In this document: in pieces, positions 61,390 through 64,000 of the stretch
Numbering within the stretch: position 1 is the first letter of the stretch
Layout: each line of letters opens with the position of its first letter
Assembly: GCA_016839745.1 (NCBI GenBank)
Contig: JAEOTS010000045.1
Location: 1-64,000 of the forward strand
Origin: Promethearchaeota archaeon
GTDB taxonomy: Archaea; Asgardarchaeota; Lokiarchaeia; Sigyniarchaeales; SOKP01
DNA length: 64,000 nucleotides
Direction of reading: 5' to 3'
Notes under the pieces: generated by a model
Database searches by the model: none
The model's input: the letters and a program-made list of their open reading frames with translations, nothing else
What the model was told of the DNA's origin: nothing
Made by a program: the position numbers and the translations under genes

Positions 61390-62361
61390 TCACGATTGAT
61401 GTTTGTTCGATTCTAATTCTAATATCGAATCTAATTTTAACTCGAAATCCTTTTTTAAATTTGCTAGGTCTTCTAAGGATTTATCAATATTGCTCATTAG
61501 AGAATCGATTGGAGCTTTTTTTAAATTTGATATAAGATCAGAAATAATTGACAAATTATTTTTAAACGCAATTATAATATTTTCTTTAATTAGACTCTTG
61601 TCGACATCGAATTCTTGAGCTTTTGTAAGATCTTTAATTTCTCTAAGAGGGAAATCTTCGAATTCAGCTAATTTTACATTTTTTTTAATAAAAGTAGGGG
61701 TTATTTTATTATGGAGCGTATTTGGATCAATTTCTTCTAAATTTATGATTAATTTTTCTATATCTTCCTCAGTTTTATTAATAGATTCTAAAAATTTCTT
61801 GGAAATTCCTATGAATTGCTTTTCTTTACTCTCTTTCTCAATTTTTTTCATAAAATTTAAAATTACTAATGAGAATGCCTCAGAAATATTATCTTGGGTT
61901 TTAGCTGAGACGAATATAATAGGAAAACCTGTTATTTGGTACTGACGAATATTGTTTAAAAGAATTTCTGAATCTTCTGGTTTTATTAAATCAGATTTGT
62001 TTCCTATTAAATAGGTAATACATTCTGGAGAATGTTGTGATAAATTTTTCATATAAGTTTGTAAAAGCTCTTGTAATGTTTCTTTAGGATTATTTAAGTC
62101 GAATATTAACAAAGCCGAATCCAAATTACTAAAGAATACCGGGTTCAAAGGATTAAAACTTCTTTGCCCTCCAATATCCCAAATATTTAGCCTAATATGA
62201 TAAGATGTTAATTTATACTCCTTTCTGGCGATATTACTACCAATAGTGGGAATATACATAGCAGGGAAATCCTTTCCTACAAATGTATTTACAATCGATG
62301 TTTTACCAACCCCCCATTGTCCTAATATAGCCAGTTTAATATTTATCTCTGAGACAATCAT
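61390..62361 (-). CDS. Rab/Ras-like small GTPase with C-terminal helical/coiled-coil extension
   Basis: G1 GQWGVGKTS, G2 PTIG, G3 WDIGGQ, G4 NKSD, G5 SAKT, then ~150 aa helical tail. Confidence 0.92.
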   Translation of the reverse strand: MIVSEINIKLAILGQWGVGKTSIVNTFVGKDFPAMYIPTIGSNIARKEYKLTSYHIRLNIWDIGGQRSFNPLNPVFFSNLDSALLIFDLNNPKETLQELLQTYMKNLSQHSPECITYLIGNKSDLIKPEDSEILLNNIRQYQITGFPIIFVSAKTQDNISEAFSLVILNFMKKIEKESKEKQFIGISKKFLESINKTEEDIEKLIINLEEIDPNTLHNKITPTFIKKNVKLAEFEDFPLREIKDLTKAQEFDVDKSLIKENIIIAFKNNLSIISDLISNLKKAPIDSLMSNIDKSLEDLANLKKDFELKLDSILELESNKHQS

Positions 62362-62484
62362 ACTTTTTAATTCGAGAAAAAATGAATTAATTTAACTACA
62401 TATTAATTGTTAATTAATACGCAATCTTTATAAATATGCTTTATCAATAATCAGAATCATTAAAAAACCAATTTTAGAAACTCA

Positions 62485-63081
62485 TTAACTTAAAGAATTA
62501 TCCTCTTTTTTTTCTGATAAATTTTTAAAAGCGAACACAATTCTTTGGATTACAGTAATATTTGTTCCAATTGCTAAGAAAATCATTGTCCACCATATAG
62601 CCATAGGAAACCATATTTGTAATATCGATCCGATTAAAATAATTGGGACCCTATCTGTTCTTTCCAGTAATCCAACGCCATATAAATTAGGAATTCCTAA
62701 ACTCTCGATTTTTGCTCTAGTATATGAAGTTAGGAACGCGCCAGCAAGTGTTATCAAGCCTATATATATTTCAGTATATCCCCCAAGGATAATCCCAAAA
62801 AAAATGAGATAATCTCCAATTCGATCTAAGGTAGAATCTAAAAACGATCCTAGTTTCGTTGGTCCTTGAAGACGAGCTACTACACCATCTAGTTGGTCGA
62901 AAAACTCTACTAAAGCTAGACTAATTATGATTAAAGGTAAAACTTGTAAAATAAAGAATAAAAACGCTAATGCTGCGAAAAATAAACCTAAACCTGTTAT
63001 AATATTTGCAGGTATTTTTTTTAACTTCTTAGCTAAGGGAAGAAGTAGTTTTTCTGAGTATTTTTTGACTCCTAATAACAT
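62485..63081 (-). CDS. CDP-alcohol phosphatidyltransferase (archaetidylinositol phosphate synthase-like)
   Basis: PANIIT, DQLDGVVAR...GSFLDSTLDR, SYTRAKIE, GLLERTDR. Confidence 0.9.
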   Translation of the reverse strand: MLLGVKKYSEKLLLPLAKKLKKIPANIITGLGLFFAALAFLFFILQVLPLIIISLALVEFFDQLDGVVARLQGPTKLGSFLDSTLDRIGDYLIFFGIILGGYTEIYIGLITLAGAFLTSYTRAKIESLGIPNLYGVGLLERTDRVPIILIGSILQIWFPMAIWWTMIFLAIGTNITVIQRIVFAFKNLSEKKEDNSLS

Positions 63082-63191
63082 CTTATTAATCCCGTGTTTG
63101 AATTGTTCAGTGGCTTTTCTTTCTAAATATAAGACTTATAGTAATTAATAATTAATTAATCCAAATAATCCAACGAAAAAAAAAAGAAAAA

Positions 63192-64000
63192 TTAAATTCT
63201 ATAGATTGGATAAAATTTCTTTTCTAAATATTCGATAAAATAGTCTGGGTTTAAATCTTCTCCAGTTACTCTTTTAATCAAATCTTTTGCTTGATAAATC
63301 CTACCATATTGATGAATATTTTCCCTTAAAAACGCTAACAGGTTAGAGAAATTACCTTTTTCATATTCTTCCGGCAAAGTGGGATGTTGTTTAAGGGCGG
63401 TCTTATAAAATTGGGCTCCATATAGATTTCCTAAGAAATATGTTGGAAAGTACCCAAAGTTTCCCCAAGACCAGTGAATATCTTGCAAAACACCATCAGA
63501 ATTAGTTGGAGGTGTTATTCCTAGTAAATTTTCCATTTTTTCGTTCCACAATTCTGGTAGTTCGCTAACTTGAACATTACCTTCTATAATGTCTCTTTCC
63601 AGTTCAAACCTAAGAATGATATGCATACCATAAGTAACTTCATCAGCTTCTACACGAATCAATGATGGTTGCACTGTGTTAATACTACGGTAGAAGTCTT
63701 TGACACTTTTATCCTTTAAATTGTTTGGAAAATTTTTTTTAAGTTTAGGATACCAAAACTTCCAAAATTCCATACTCCGGCCAACCATATTTTCCCACAT
63801 ACGGGATTGGGATTCGTGAACTCCCATCGAACATCCACTGGCTAATACTGAGTCATGAATCTCCTCCATTAATCCCATCTCGTATAGAGCATGTCCACAT
63901 TCGTGAATCGAGCCAAAAATGCATGTTGGAAAGAAATTATCGTCGATCCTAGTTGTAAATCTCGTATCTGATGAGGATAACGATGTAGTAAATGGATGGA
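63192..64000 (-). CDS. Carboxypeptidase M32 (partial, 5' end outside window)
   Basis: HPFT at the window end, IHECGHALYE upstream of the track start, HESQSRMWEN, IRVEADE, LQDIHW, GYFPTY. Confidence 0.95.
   Translation of the reverse strand, partial: HPFTTSLSSSDTRFTTRIDDNFFPTCIFGSIHECGHALYEMGLMEEIHDSVLASGCSMGVHESQSRMWENMVGRSMEFWKFWYPKLKKNFPNNLKDKSVKDFYRSINTVQPSLIRVEADEVTYGMHIILRFELERDIIEGNVQVSELPELWNEKMENLLGITPPTNSDGVLQDIHWSWGNFGYFPTYFLGNLYGAQFYKTALKQHPTLPEEYEKGNFSNLLAFLRENIHQYGRIYQAKDLIKRVTGEDLNPDYFIEYLEKKFYPIYRI

Overview
AT-rich, gene-dense archaeal chromosome segment, most likely from an Asgard archaeon (Lokiarchaeia/Promethearchaeota). This rests on a divergent actin homologue, a Rab-like small GTPase, two TFB paralogues, HEAT-repeat proteins, AGGTG-type ribosome-binding sites, and several surface proteins ending in an IPGY-TM-basic (Loki-CTERM-like) tail. 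I saw no rRNA, tRNA, transposase, integrase or CRISPR locus. Housekeeping and metabolic genes include AOR, a GlcD/GlcF-like pair, Nfo, HxlB, topoisomerase IA, PurD, a corrinoid/MT2 methyltransferase pair, a CDP-alcohol phosphatidyltransferase and an M32 carboxypeptidase. The most notable observations are: (1) two P2-type ATPases whose ion-gating PEGL motif reads PIN(L/I)P, with Ile where eukaryotic P4 lipid flippases have it, and whose M6 Asp is His; (2) a divergent actin-related gene clustered with a coiled-coil/proline-rich/WH2-like protein; (3) three genes that appear to start at ATT/ATA codons behind strong SD motifs; (4) five modular Ig-domain surface-protein genes sharing an upstream AGACA(A/G)A motif, one carrying a near-identical DNA repeat array; (5) a TMEM62-like metallophosphoesterase. 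All family assignments come from motif recognition by eye; no searches were run.
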